Shown here: positions 48,354-61,650 of the stretch, piece by piece
Numbering within the stretch: the first letter of the stretch is position 1
How the letters are laid out: each line of letters opens with the position of its first letter
From: Podarcis liolepis
Lineage: Eukaryota
NCBI GenBank assembly: GCA_965112155.1
Contig: OZ218099.1
Length of the DNA: 64,000 nt
Reading direction: 5' to 3' (one strand)
Notes under the pieces: model-generated
What the model saw: only the letters and a program-made list of their open reading frames with translations
Database searches by the model: none
What the model was told of the DNA's origin: nothing
Position numbers and translations under genes: made by a program

Positions 48354-48800
48354 TGTCCAGAGGAGGGCAACCAAAATGGTCAAAGGCCTGGAAACGATGC
48401 CTTATGAGGAACGGCTAAGGGACCTGGGCATGTTTAGCCTGGAGAAGAGGAGGTTAAGGGGTGATATGATAGCCATGTTCAAATATATAAAAGGATGTCA
48501 TATAGAGGAGGGAGAAAGGTTGTTTTCTGCTGCTCCAGAGAAGCGGACACGGAGCAATGGATCCAAACTACAAGAAAGAAGATTCCACCTAAACATTAGG
48601 AAGAACTTCCTGACAGTAAGAGCTGTTTGACAGTGGAATTTGCTGCGAAGGAGTGTGGTGGAGTCTCCTACTTTGGAGGTCTTTAAGCAGAGGCTTGACA
48701 ACCATATGTCAGGAGTGCTCTGATGGTGTTTCCTGCTTGGCAGGGGGTTGGACTCGATGGCCCTTGTGGTCTATTCCAACTCTATGATTCTATGATTCTA
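48354..48800 (+). mobile_element. CR1 LINE 3' fragment, young
   Basis: [44 protein letters not shown] is the CR1 ORF2 C-terminus (one premature TGA); (ATTCTATG)n tail. Confidence 0.95.
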
Positions 48801-49590
48801 GGTCTTAAATCACTGCACAACATTTAGGCTGCAAACCTAAACCAACATAACTGAAAACAATTTGGTTAATTGAAGTATGTTGGCACTGGTAACAGGAAGG
48901 AAATCTTGTTCTGTTGCATCTTAATCAACAGAGGTACCCTTTTTTTTAAAAAAACCCAACAACTCTGTTGGTATTAAATTTCATTACACTTCAGTATCTA
49001 GTCAGAGCTGCAGTACAGACAGTATGACAAATGTGCTTTGGGTTTATCTGTCTCTTCTACAGATGCAAAATTCCCTACTATATGGTGTATTGTTCAATTT
49101 GCTGCTGCACTCAGTGAGTTTGCTACCTCTTTGACAAGTAATTTAGGCTAGCTGGGCTTACTACACATGGCAGTGTGAATAAGTTGCTGCTTTGGCACTC
49201 TCAATACACAATTTTGGGATATTAGGACTGGGCTCTTGTCTTGAGATGCAGCTGGCCGCTTTACTCAGGTTCTTGCTTGGTTATCTTGCCATGGCAATTA
49301 CTTGTGTTGCAATAAATGTTTGAAATTTATTGTATGTGGATGTTCAAATGAGTATGCCGGCAACCGTGTTTAGCAAATCTCCTGGTGTCTCTTGAATTTT
49401 CAGACCTTTTCAAAATTATCTGGGATTGTCAGTATTAACACGTGTATATTGACATTCGGCACATTCTGGGCATTCATTTGCTAGACTTTACTAGTAATTT
49501 GTATTGGAAGGGGCTGTAATTCTGGGGCAGAGTAAACTATTTTTATGCAGAAGGTGCCACATTCAGTCCTCAGCACCTTCAGATAAAACA

Positions 49591-49912
49591 ATACCCGAAG
49601 GAGCATCTCCACCTCCATCGTTCTGCCCGGACACTGAGGTCCAGTGCCGAGGGTCTTCTGGCAGTTCCCTCGCTACGTTCTGGCAGTTCCCTCGCTACGA
49701 GAAGCCAAGTTACAGGGAATCATGCAGAGGGCCTTCTCGGTAGTGGCACCCGCACTGTGGAACGCCCTCCCACCAGATGTCAAAGAGAAAAATAACTACC
49801 AAACTTTTAGAAGACAGCTGAAGGCAGCCCTGTTTAGGGAAGCTTTTAATGTTTAATGGGTTGTTGTATTTTAGTGTTCTGTTGGAAGCCGCCCAGAGTA
49901 GCTGGGGAATAA

Positions 49913-49963
<51 letters not shown>
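49591..49963 (+). mobile_element. L2 LINE 3' fragment with (ATT)n tail and a 22-bp internal tandem duplication
   Basis: RAFSVVAPALWNALP motif; TTCTGGCAGTTCCCTCGCTACG x2; long ATT tail. Confidence 0.88.
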
Positions 49964-49965
<2 letters not shown>

Positions 49966-50476
49966 GTAGCAGCAGAAGGGAGATACCCTTTTCTGCCTGT
50001 GACTCTGGATATGCACTGCTATTCAGAGTAGACAACACTGGCCTTCCCCATATGGGGACCTGCAGATGTCCTTGAATGCCACTTCCATCATTCCTGTCCA
50101 TTTGCTATGCTGGTTGGGGCTGATGAGAATTGTAGCTGAACAACATCCTGAAGGTACCAGGTTGAGGAAGGCTGGGCTTGATGCATCAGTAGTCTGACTA
50201 TTAGGCAACTTCATAGGTTCATACACAGGAAATTCTTTTTTGCAAATTGCATGTTCAACAAAACGTCCTACATTCACATTTCTCCCCAAAGCTTATAGAG
50301 GACGAAGAAAAGTATTGTGTTTCATGCTCAGTGGCCAAGAGGTCACAGCTTGCCCCTTTGAACTCCTCTATACCTCACTTTTCCTGACATTTCCTTCTCT
50401 GGTTTTTACATTTTTCAACTGGGTGCATTTCTTAGAATCATAGAATTGTAGAGTTGGAAGGGCCCCTGAGGATGTT

Positions 50477-50478
<2 letters not shown>

Positions 50479-50521
<43 letters not shown>

Positions 50522-50849
50522 TTATTATTTATACCCCGCCCATCTGGCTGAGTTTCCCCAGCCACTCTGGGCGGCTTCCAATCAAGTGTCAAAAACAATA
50601 CAGCATTAAATATTAAAAACTTCCCTAAACAGGGCTGCCTTCAGATGTCTTTTAAAGATAGGATAGCTGCTTATTTCCTTCACATCTGAAGGGAGGGTGT
50701 TCCACAGGGTGGGCGCCACTACCAAGAAGGCCCTCTGTCTGGTTCCCTGTAACCTCACTTCTCGCAATGAGGGAACCGCCAGAAGGCCCTTGGCGCTGGA
50801 TCTCAGTGTCCGGGCTGAACGGTGGGGGTGGAGACGCTCCTGCAGGTAT
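50479..50849 (-). mobile_element. L2 LINE 3' fragment with (ATT)n tail, adjacent to a short CR1 tail remnant (50433-50470)
   Basis: Reverse complement is collinear with 49591-49963. Confidence 0.88.
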
Positions 50850-52087
50850 CATTTATAGTTAAATATATGTGTATTCAAACCCATTTCCTGTTGTTTGGGA
50901 ACAAAGAAGCAGATTTGCCCCATATGTGCAAATGAATTCATAATCTTATGGGTGAGAGAGATCCCCCCCCCCCGAAACTGTCTTCAGCATCACTATAAGA
51001 CATTTGAGGCTGACTGGGCAGTTGCTTCCCATCTGTGTCAGGAGGGTCCCAGGATCATATTGATATGGCTTGTGGGCCACATTCTGTTTTAAAGCTCTAC
51101 ATGTCCGGTCTTCCATCTGATGGGTCAGATGAATGCCTTCTTAGAGGTTTATGTCCATATGGGGCCTCTACTCATTCAGTTGTGCCATCTCCTAGAAGTC
51201 CATGATATGCTGAAACCCATATATTATCTGCAGATCTCTGAATTAACATTTGTATAGTCTTTCTCTTCCTTTCATATTATCAAGATTTGACAAATTGATG
51301 ATTTGGTATTCCCTAACCAATTGCACCTTGTTATTGCAAACTGCAGTTATAGACAGCCTACATTTTCAGGATATTGACAGGCAGGTGCCATGGTGTTTGC
51401 AAACAAATGTGAGTGTACACATGCAAATAGATGCACAAACAGAAAAAAAATCTTTTACATCAGTGGCACTGTATGGATAGCTGAAGATCTGTTTCCATCA
51501 CTCTTTGTTTGTAATTATTTAGAGTCCCCTGTTGTAACCAAGAGTCTGTTCTACTGATGCTGATTTCTCTGTATGGAAAAAACAGTGACAAAGGAATTCT
51601 TCCATGTATACAGCCTTGGGCATTGTAAAGAAGTTCTCTTTCATCTGTGTCCTCCTGCAAGCCAGTAATCGCAGAACACAGGCAATTTCCCAGAACACCT
51701 ATTCCCAAAACTCTCCATGGAGATGGGCTGATTCTGATGTTTTCCATTTCAGAATTGTTGGCCGTCGGGGAAAACTGCAGCCAGGTTCCATAGCATGCAA
51801 AGAGCAGGGTTGTGACCTACAAGGGCATGCATTGGCCTTTAAGGATGGGTGGGCGGTTAAATGTTTGACTGGGTTTGGAATATTTGTACCAGCTTTTTCC
51901 TTTGTAGTAAGGAAGAAGCTGGCCCACACTGGGGCAGGGAGCGGGGCTTGCTACCAGCTTCCCCTCCACGTTGGCCCATGTTTGAACACACTCTGCATTG
52001 GGTGGTACGGAGCCTTTGCCAGTGTTTCCTCGGTTGCAAAGAGAGCATGTTAAGTGCGGTGTGCTTCCCTTTTCTGATCCCCCACAG

Positions 52088-52300
52088 ACACGTCTTCTGC
52101 ATCCGAAGATGAAGGGTCGCTCAGGCGCCAGGCTGCTCTATCTGCTGCATTGCATCAGAGCTTACAGAATGCTGAGTCATGGATCAACCGATCTATTCAG
52201 GGGTCATCCACATCTTCATCAGCATCTTCTACACTATCCCATGGAGAAGGCAAAGGGACCAGTGGGTCACTAGCCGATGTATTTGCCAATACTCGAATAG
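52088..52300 (+). CDS. DIP2B: DIP2B coding exon 5 (213 bp, phase 1-1)
   Basis: ccacag|...ATA G|gtagga; (D)TSSASEDEGSLRRQAALSAALHQSLQNAESWINRSIQGSSTSSSASSTLSHGEGKGTSGSLADVFANTRI, a sequence characteristic of DIP2B rather than DIP2A/C. Confidence 0.97.
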
Positions 52301-54679
52301 GTAGGAGCTGGGGTGCGGACAGCAAAACCAAGGGCTTCACGTCTTCTTTTTGTGTCAAAAGTTTAGAAATCTCCCAGTGTCAAAGGCCAAACGGTTTAAA
52401 AACTCTGCCCACTATAACTAGAGGCCTACCCATGGGTGAGGGAAGGCAAGTCTGTTGGCCTAGAGAAAGGATCCCAGTGACATCAATAGTCATGAAAGAT
52501 GTGCACAGTAACCTGGCACTGTTCGTCATGCACATGGGTGTTGCTTTATGCTTGTGGCTGCTCTTTACACTAAGTGTTCTCACTGCTGGGTGAGCAAAGA
52601 GATTGCTGTAGCCTACATGTCCTGTGTTGTGTTGCAGATGTCTATCCCTTATCCAGCCAAAAAGATCGCCATGCTTCTTTTAAATTTATCCAGCAAGGCT
52701 GTGCTGCAGCCTTCCGCATAACGGCCTAACTTGTGGGGATGGGGAAAGCTTTTCAAAAGCTTCACTCCCTTGTTACCTGCAAGATATTTTACTCATCATA
52801 GGTGACTATGTGAGTGGCTATATAACAAGGCAATTTTTTCAAAAAAAAATTTTTTTTTTGCTTTATCCCACCTGACTGGTAGACCAGGAATTACATCCCC
52901 AGCCCCCAAACACCCAATTTTAAAGCATATTTAACCCCTGAACCATTTTCCCAGCTACGTGTACACATTTGTTGGGGGATTTCAAGATCTGGATACCCCA
53001 GGCTCAGTTTTTTGATGCTCTGAGGTGCTCCTTGCTGCTGGTGCTGCTGTATGAATTTTTTGTAGGGTTTGTTTGGCTCCACTGTATGTGTTTTCTTGTT
53101 AATGTGTTCCAAAGGATATCGCTGCATCCCAGGGGGATTGCTGTGTCTCAATGTGCTCTCTGCTTTGGCTTAATTGGTTTCAGGCAAGCAATGTGTAGCT
53201 GTTTGGTGTCTCTTAATTGCTTCTTTTTTATTTCTTTTAACCTGTATGTTGCTGATGTCTTTGTCTCTTACTGGGATGCAACTCATTTTCTAAAATGGAA
53301 AACTTGGGAGATTTACCTGTTTGAAATTCCATCAGCATAAATAATGCTTTCTTCAAATGGAAGATACTCTCATTAAAGCAATGGTGAAATATGGTCCCAA
53401 ATTGGAACAGCCAGCTATTTGGTTGCTGAATAGCTAATGTCAAATTGGTGCTATAAAATACAGCTCTTTCTTCTAAGTGCAATCTTGGGAATATGAAGCA
53501 CAGTTAACTTAGGAGCAACGTTTCTACTGGTACTGTTACATTTTCAACACAGAGGTAGACACAGATAAACATACGGCTACCTCGATAAGTTTTGAGCATT
53601 TAAAAACATAGCCACAGATATACTCAGCACAGTAGATCTGAAGTTTATTTATCTCAGGCTTAAGAGCGCAAGGCAAGAAGCCACTTCACAAGGATAGGAT
53701 TGAAATCAACCACAGAATCGGCACTTTGTCAACATTTAATACACCTAAGTTGGGTTTGATACAGGGCCATTTCTAAAATCTATTAATGTTGCATGGATTT
53801 TTGAGGCCTTACTCTCACGCAACTCTAGCACAGGGTGCTTGTATGAAAAAGCTTTGTTTTATGCCAAGTTTCATTTATTTAAGAGTACTTAGCAGCCCAA
53901 TCCAGCATGGATCAACCCAGACTGAATTCTGTGCCCAGCTGCCTCACCATAGGCTGACAGGATCAGACCTTGGGCATTTATTGAGGATTTTCCCTGTGGC
54001 CACCACAGAGTGAGAACAAGCCCTTGGACAAAACTGAAGCATGTGCTATTGCTGATCAGATGAGCCCTCAAGAGTGTGTCTAGCATATACTTCGAAATGC
54101 ACACTAAATCCTATCCTGCCTTCTGTTCCAAGGGAGGTATTTCTGTTTTGTACATCTTGGTACAATGATGGAAAGGACATCAGTTCCCTTACCCAAACTG
54201 CAGTACACCATAAAGCATTTCTGCTTAAGAAGTCAGGGAACAGCTCAGCAGGATACTTTTAATTAATATGATATTCTTCTGAATGGTTGTACATTTACCT
54301 AATGATGACATTGGTGTGCACAAAACTCACTGAACACATGCAGTACATTGCAAGCTTTCAATCTGTGTGTCTTACAATATTGCGTGGATGTAAGCAAACT
54401 TGTATGCTGAGTTTTTCCACATCAGTGCTGTTAACTGAATGTGCTACCTGCAGAAATTAAATACTTGACTTGCTAACCTTTATTAAATCTGTTGTGATAA
54501 CTCTATCCCTGAAATGCTCTCCCAGTAGCCTATTTTTTTTTGGGGGGGGTATAAAACTATTCAATTATATATATTCTCACATCAGAGAAATGCAACTTGT
54601 TGAATTATGAACCACTTAGCTGCTTAAAACACACAATTACATAGCAGTTCAGCAGAGGATGGAGAAGATTGGACACAGT

Positions 54680-55097
54680 GGCCTGGTTCACACATTATGC
54701 CAAGCCAAACAGCAGCAGAGCACAAGCAAGCATGTAGGCTCCAGGAGAGGAGATTATGGTTGCTTTATTTCTCACTGGTAGTTCTGCTGTGCTGCATTGA
54801 ACTAAGAATGCCTTGATTGAGCATGTTGTCCAAACCCAGGTTTCTGTTTTAATTCTCTCCAGGCTAATCACACCCTAAAACCAATGTTTGTTCTACAGTA
54901 TTTGGCCCAAGGTTTGTCTGGGAGAGCTAAACTGTGAACGAAATGTTTGGACAAAATGCTAAGCCCAGGCCATGGTTTTAGTGTGGTATAGCTGCAGAAC
55001 AACTAGGGAAGAGCAAAGTGACTGCAATTTCCTCTCTGGGAGCTCACACATGTGCACTAAGCTATGGTTTGGCTCAGCCTGACATGCAAATTAGTCC
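54680..55097. mobile_element. Old Harbinger-like palindromic MITE
   Basis: GGCCTGGTTCACAC start and long imperfect internal inverted symmetry (CCAAGCCAAAC / GGTTTGGCTCAG; GTCCAAAC / GTTTGGAC). Confidence 0.5.
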
Positions 55098-55706
55098 GCA
55101 GTATCTCATTAAAGGGCATTGCAGTTAACTAGACCAGATTTCAGCCTGCAGTGCCACCATTTCTGTTGTGATACAGAAATGTATTCAAGATCTGGAAGTT
55201 TGCATAAGGAATGAGGAAGGGGCTTAGTCTTGCACTCAGTGCACTATGGAGACAACATGGTCAGCTAGCTGGGTAATCTTTTCTGTTGGCAAAATGGCAA
55301 ACAAAAAAAATTGAAAAATCAGGAGGCCTTTTCTGAGACTCTAGGAAGTTCTGTTGAAGACTACATGGTCAAAACTCTCCTGTTCTTATCCTTTGTCCAA
55401 TTTTTACTTAGGAGGAGATATGGGGCAATGGTGATATGTCCCACAACATTTTTGCTGCCCTTGTACGAGTTAGTCTAGTTAACCTTTGGAAATGGGCAGT
55501 GCAATATGTGGCCTAGAGAAACAGGGGTGTGAAATAGCCCGTGGCACTGTAATGAAAATGGAAAGTAGAATCAATCTTGCTGTTCAGTCAGGTGCCTTTG
55601 CATCAGACCAAGGAAAGGTGGGTAAATGAGATATCGCATCTTAGGCCACCTGGTTGCAAAATGATAATATGAATCTCAATTGTTTTTTTCTTGATCCTCC
55701 TTCTAG

Positions 55707-55856
55707 AAAATTTCTCAGTTCCCCCGGATGTTACTGCAACTACCTCCACACCTGCTTCCTCTGCCCGCCCATCTGCTATTGACCTCCCTCCATCAGGAAT
55801 AGTGAAGGGCATGCACAAAGCATCCAACCGGTCTAGCCTTATGGACACAGCCGATG
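55707..55856 (+). CDS. DIP2B: DIP2B coding exon 6 (150 bp, phase 1-1)
   Basis: ttctag|...GAT G|gtacat; (E)NFSVPPDVTATTSTPASSARPSAIDLPPSGIVKGMHKASNRSSLMDTAD. Confidence 0.94.
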
Positions 55857-58614
55857 GTACATCTGCAAATCCAGACTATGGGATAAAGCCAATAGGGCAC
55901 CAGTAACATGGTTTTATTTCTACAGCTCATCAGTGCAGCATTGCAGAATGCATGTTATCCATCTTAAAGGTCTACCATGTCAGCCATTAGTAGGCACCTG
56001 CCTCACACAGCAACAAATTTTTCTGTTTGCTTTCTTGTGAAATTTTGAGAACAATGGGGCCCTGAGACCCAGGTTGGGCAATTGCATCTTGGGGAGAAAG
56101 GCAGCTGATTAAGTTTCAGCTGTTGGCATTAAGCTCTTATGTCCAATACCCAAATGGTAGTTTGTTTGTTTTTGTGTGTTTCTTTTAGAAAAGAAGCCTG
56201 TGCTTCTTAACTTCTTACCCTGCAACATTCATACTTCGTGGAAGAAGCAAAGGTGTGAATACTCGTTGCCCTTCCAGATTTTGAGCAAAAGTGCCAGCCC
56301 TTAACATCAGCATTTCCTCCAACTTTTAATTGTGAATCGGCCTGCCAGTGTATTCTGCTTTGCATTGCAGAAACAACTGAGAAACAATTGAGGTGGGCAG
56401 AAAAAACTGAGACCCTCTCAAGTTTGATTCATGTAGGGGCAAAGAACATGTACCGCAGGGTGGAAAAGTGGAAGCAGTCAGCAGGCTAGATCCCCAAGTC
56501 CTCCACAACCTGCAGGCCACTTTGACAGGTAGGTGGGGTCACCCACCTGTCAGATCACCTTGTCCCGCTCACCTGTCCAAGTCACATGATGTCAGGCAAG
56601 CCAGCTTCAAAGGAAGAATCCTTTGAATGCAATAACCACAATTGCCTTGATATAGAACGGTTCTTGCACCCTTGCCACCCGGAAGAGAGCAAAGACGCTG
56701 TATGCCCTTTCCGCTAGTAGCAAAGTGAGAAGCTGAGCCTAGCTCCAACCTCAGAATATCTCCACTGCTGCAGCAAGGCCCAGTAAGGGAAGTAAGGGAG
56801 TAAGGGAAGGCAGTTGCTCTTTGAACTTTCATCCTGTCTCCAGCCCCTGCTGTTAACCCAAACAGTTTTGTGGATTCCCAGAAAGCTTCCGGAAAGCTCC
56901 CCTTTTCCTGCTCACTATTTTGTGTTGTTTCTGTATTCCACCCCTGTGAAAAGTGTGGCAGATCCCAAATGGCTCATACAGTCGGAAGAGGAAACAGGAA
57001 GCCTCTCTGACATGAGTGTGTGGTTCCTAGAGAGTGCAGTTTCTTAAGGGCTCCTATTGTTGTTTTAAGCAGATACCACCGCTGATGCATTTCCTCAGCA
57101 TAGCTGGAGACCAGTGATTGTGGGTATCTCATTAGGAGCTTCAGTTCTTTTGCTGTGCCTTGTAATCTAAAGAAGAGCGATAACTCAATGCACGCAGAGT
57201 AGCAGGAAACTGCTTTTCTTGTTAAATACCACTGGCTTCAAGAATTAACCCCTGAGCACTATGGATTAGGAAAGGGGAGCAGGGAGTTCTGGTGAGGAAA
57301 TTGCAATTTTATTTTGTGTGTGCGTTGAAAAGAAAAGTACAGAATGTGTTTTACAAAGGAATGAGAGCCCTGCATTGGGTATTTGAGAGGCATTGGGCGT
57401 TAAAGTAAAGTGAATCTTAGGAGTCTTGGAACAACAGGCCCTCTCCTTGGTCCCATATTTGATCGTTCTGTGGTTCTGTATAGTCTCCACAGTCATTTGA
57501 TTAGAGCTTTCAGATTACACAACCTGGCTGTAAAATGAGCTCTTTGGTTGTACAGTGTCAGGTGCTGAAACAGAAGCAAAAATAGCTTTTTAAACTCCTT
57601 TCGCCAGCACCTAACCACCTACAGGTGGTCTTGTTTTGCCACACCAGATCTATGTTTGTCACAGCACTGCTCTATTCATTTCCCCTTGTTCCTTTCTTTA
57701 AAGATGTGAATTCTCAACTAAGTAATTCACACCTTGCAGAGAGAGAGGAAAAATGCATGAACTAGCTGATCTGCATTACTGACAGTTTGCATTGAACTCT
57801 TTTGGTCAGAGAACGCTGTTGTTGTTCTTATGCAGAATTTCCAGGGCCTCAGCTGTGGTGCCCTGAGATTTCACTCCTAAAGCCAGCGTCTTCTTAACCT
57901 TGGAGAAGAGGCTTCGCTCTCATTTGTTGGCAGTACTATTTTCAGTATAAAGCAGCCAATGAGTGGTAAAGTAGAACCTGCACTTCTAAAATGCCTGCTG
58001 CGCTGGAGTTTGTTATATACAGGTAGAAAAGCACCCAGCTGCGGTGACTAGAATAACCTTGAGGATAAACTGCTGCCTTGATTTGAGTCTGTGAGAAAAC
58101 CTTTGCCAAATCTCAGGAGTTCCCATAGTGCCCTCTGGTGGTCAAGTCCTAAAAGGATCCTAGAAAGACCATTTCAATCCGGCATGCACAATTTGTGACC
58201 CACCAAGCCAAACATATCCCATTAGTCAAGAATTGTGATCTCAGAGGTGCCCGACTCTGTTTCTGCAATCCAAGGAAGGAATGGGAAGTTTGTCTAGGCC
58301 TTTGCAGCTTGCCATATACGGCCTGGTCTTGAGAGATGAAAAACATACATAGACAGTGTTGTGCAAATGCTGAAAACAGCTTTGAAAAGGAAATAAATGA
58401 CCCTTTTATTAGCAGCCGTACCTTCCAGATAACCTTCTGGATAGCCCGTGTTCCCGTGTTTTACATCAGGCTTTGATCACTGCAATTTCTGCTCATGTAT
58501 ATTGTAATTTGCTGCATCAGAAAGGGAATGGTTTGGGTAGCTCTTTCTACAGAGTGGCAGTTGCCCACAGGTGACCTAGCCCTTGATAAACTGAATTAAT
58601 TTCCCACACTGCAG

Positions 58615-58734
58615 GTGTCCCTGTAAGTAGCAGAGTCTCAACAAAAATCCAGCAGCTGCTCAATACTCTGAAGCGACCCAAGCGGCCACCTCTGAAGGAG
58701 TTTTTTGTGGATGATTTTGAAGAAATTGTTGAAG
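58615..58734 (+). CDS. DIP2B: DIP2B coding exon 7 (120 bp, phase 1-1)
   Basis: ctgcag|...GAA G|gtattt; (G)VPVSSRVSTKIQQLLNTLKRPKRPPLKEFFVDDFEEIVE. Confidence 0.97.
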
Positions 58735-60936
58735 GTATTTGGATATGCCAGTGGGCTGGTTGCAATACGCAGAAAACTTTGCGTGTCTTGTTCTTTTGCT
58801 TGGTTTTGCTTTTCTTCTTTCGATGCCTGTCAAGTTCCAGTAGTTAAGGGGGAATCCTCTTCCTTCTATCTGTGCCTTCCTTCTGTGAGGTTTCCAGATC
58901 AATATGGATTAGAAAACAAATGGGCTGTTGTATCTTAGCCTCTTACATAGAAAAGCTCATGAGTTCCATCTAGCTCCTCCTGGTCGTATGCTTTTTCTGT
59001 AACTGCACAAGGGGAACCTCATACACAACCTTCCAAGCCCCACATCGTCAGGGGTTGTGGGGCTGGAGGCAAACAGTGGGTGGAACAGCATATTGGAGAG
59101 TCTTTGTACACTAGATTCTTGCACGCACACACACACACACACACTCCAGATACATAATGACATCATCACAATTGAAGGACCTATTCAGACAGGCAGAATC
59201 ACTCCAGGGTGCAGAGCACAGATAGCAAGGGCTGTTGCTTGGGAAGAACTGGATAGGGGCACCTGGAGGTCACATTCAGCCCATAGGCTGGAAAGTTCCC
59301 CTCCTCTGGAGTAGGCACAGAGCTACTCTGTCAAGCCCACAGGTTTTCTTAAAGAGAAAAAGGGGGAGAGATGAGCTCTTCTTGCTTAAAACAGGGTGCA
59401 CCAGCTTCTCCCAACTTCTTGCTTCTTGTAGTCCAGCAGGAGTAGGGCAGCTCCTATCATCCCAGATTGTTGGCTGTGTCGACAGGAACTCGTGCAAGTT
59501 GTTGGGGTCCAACAACATTCCGGAGTTGGGAAAGTCTGGGAATATACCATGCCATCATTGGGTATATATGCCAAATCAGTCTTTTTCTTGCAAGAGGGAT
59601 GGGAGAGCAACACTTGGCATAGCATGTTCCCCCCCCCCCATTTCTTTTGTTGTCTCTTCTTCCTCCCCTCCCACACCCCTCCCCTTTTCAAATCAGGTGG
59701 TCACACTTGACACTTTGTCAGAAATGCTGGTGCCCAAGAAAAAAAGGATGGAATTGGGCCGCAGACACGGCGAGGGTAGTTCAAGCCTTAAATATGAGTA
59801 CGGAGAAACCTGGGTTATTGCTGCTTCATTTATGCATCTTTAACTTCCACTCCGAAATTCTGTGCGGCGTGTGTAGCTCCCACTGAGAGACAGATGGCAA
59901 ATAGTAAATTTGGATTATTCCTCTGAGAGCTGGCCCCAGAGATTTTGTGGCCCACGCAGCTGCGTTGTGTGATCCGGGAGCTGTGCTCAGACTTCCTCAT
60001 CAACATTGCAAGTGAGGTTCACCTCTCAGATTGCGTGCTGCTCTCCTGGTGGCCCTAGAGGGGCTATTTACCCAAACAACTGCTTGGTGTTCCATGGTAC
60101 ATTTTTGCGCTAGTGCTGACTCTGCTGGTCTTAAACAGCTTTATAGCAACTCCAGTATACAGCATTATCTATTAATATACTACCTAGGCACTGTCACAGG
60201 GGCAAGTTGCTTTTGACTATCTCAACCTAATTTCCCTCTCCTGGATTTAAATACCACCCTCCTTTTTTTAAGCCACAAATTTTCTCCTCCTGTAAATGGC
60301 TCTGCTCAGTTGACAGTTTTTGTTCTCTTCATCTGCTCTCTCTTTTGACCTGCTGCTCTTTACGTCTTGATTAACCTTTATCAAGTTACCACTTCAACTT
60401 TTCAAAACTCCATATACAAATCCTTGCTGGACCACACCTTCCTGCTCTTTCTGCTACCTGTTATTTCTGTCCTACTCTGTCTTTGGTGCCTTTTATTAAA
60501 GTCAAACTTAATCTTAGTTTGTCTTGGCTGACTGGCTGAGATTTTAGACTTTCTGCTCACTTCTGTGTTGCGTATTGTACCTAGCACACAGATTGATGCT
60601 ACGTAATTGTATAGTAGCAGCAGCAGCAGTAATAGTAGGTTCTTGCCAAATGCAATCGAGTTAACATCTTCAGTTTCTGTGTTTGAAAATAATACAGTTT
60701 TCCTGTCTCCTACTGGGCGGTATCTATCCTTAGCAACAAATACGTTCAAATTGCTTCGACCTTTTAAAAGTGGATTTTGAAACAGCGATTTCCAAAATGG
60801 GGAAGAAAGGGGGAATCCTTTGCACCATGAAGGCAGGGAGCTATAGACTTTGTTTAGCACCATTTAGTCCTCCATACGCAGCTTGCTCCTTTCCTCAGTG
60901 GATTTAACACTTGATCTGGTGGTGTTTTCTTTGCAG

Positions 60937-61134
60937 TTCCACAGCCAGACCCAAATCAGCCCAAGCCAGAGGGACGTCAGATGACGCCTGTGAAGGGAGA
61001 ACCCCTGGGAGTAGTTTGCAACTGGCCTCCTGCTTTAGAAGCCGCTTTGCAACGCTGGGGGACGACGCAGGCCAAATGCCCTTGTTTGACAGCCCTGGAT
61101 GTTACTGGGAAGCCAGTCTACACACTGACATATG
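60937..61134 (+). CDS. DIP2B: DIP2B coding exon 8 (198 bp, phase 1-1), start of the first AMP-binding/adenylate-forming-like domain
   Basis: ttgcag|...TAT G|gtgaga; (V)PQPDPNQPKPEGRQMTPVKGEPLGVVCNWPPALEAALQRWGTTQAKCPCLTALDVTGKPVYTLTY. Confidence 0.97.
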
Positions 61135-61396
61135 GTGAGAATCTTTATAGAGTCTTGTTAGCCTGTACACTTTACCATAGTGGGCTTTTCAAGGCATGTG
61201 GGTCTTTGTGGTTTGCCTGCCTTGACTTGGCACATAAGCAGCACTTTGGCAATCCTGCGTTGATTCTGCACTGGCTAAGATACAGGATACAGATATTTTC
61301 CAGCAACAATAATAATAATAGACGTGTGTCGTGAGGGGCAGGGGAGATGCTGCACCTGCTGCTGCCTGACTGATGTGTAGCCTCATTGCTTTCTCT

Positions 61397-61650
61397 CGAG
61401 AGAGAGAGAGCCAGTGTGGTGTAGTGGTTAAGAGTGGTAGTCTCGTAATCTGGGGAACCGGGTTCGCGTCTCCGCTCCTCCACATGCAGCTGCTGGGTGA
61501 CCTTGGGCTAGTCACACTTCTCTGAAGTCTCTCAGCCCCACTCACCTCACAGAGTGTTTGTTGTGGGGGAGGAAGGGAAAGGAGAATGTTAGCTGCTTTG
61601 AGACTCCTTCGGGTAGTGATAAAGCGGGAGATCAAATCCAAACTCTTCTC
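61397..61650 (+). mobile_element. Squam3-type tRNA-derived SINE ending about 10 nt upstream of DIP2B exon 9
   Basis: Highly similar to 44858-45110; (GA)n at the 5' end; candidate TSD TTCTCT (61391-61396, 61646-61651). Confidence 0.92.

Noticed and set aside
51604-52053. 149-aa ORF just upstream of exon 5
   Set aside because: No recognisable homology, random-like composition, and it stops before the acceptor.
55857-55906. In-frame read-through of exon 6 (GTSANPDYGIKPIGHQ)
   Set aside because: It ends in TAA, and the only nearby donor-like GTAACA gives a 46-nt out-of-frame extension.
58561-58614. Upstream alternative acceptor for exon 7
   Set aside because: Adds 44 nt containing an in-frame TAA.
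59235-60863. 202-aa (+) and 153-aa (-) intronic ORFs
   Set aside because: Non-ATG starts, low-complexity content and no domain similarity; chance ORFs.
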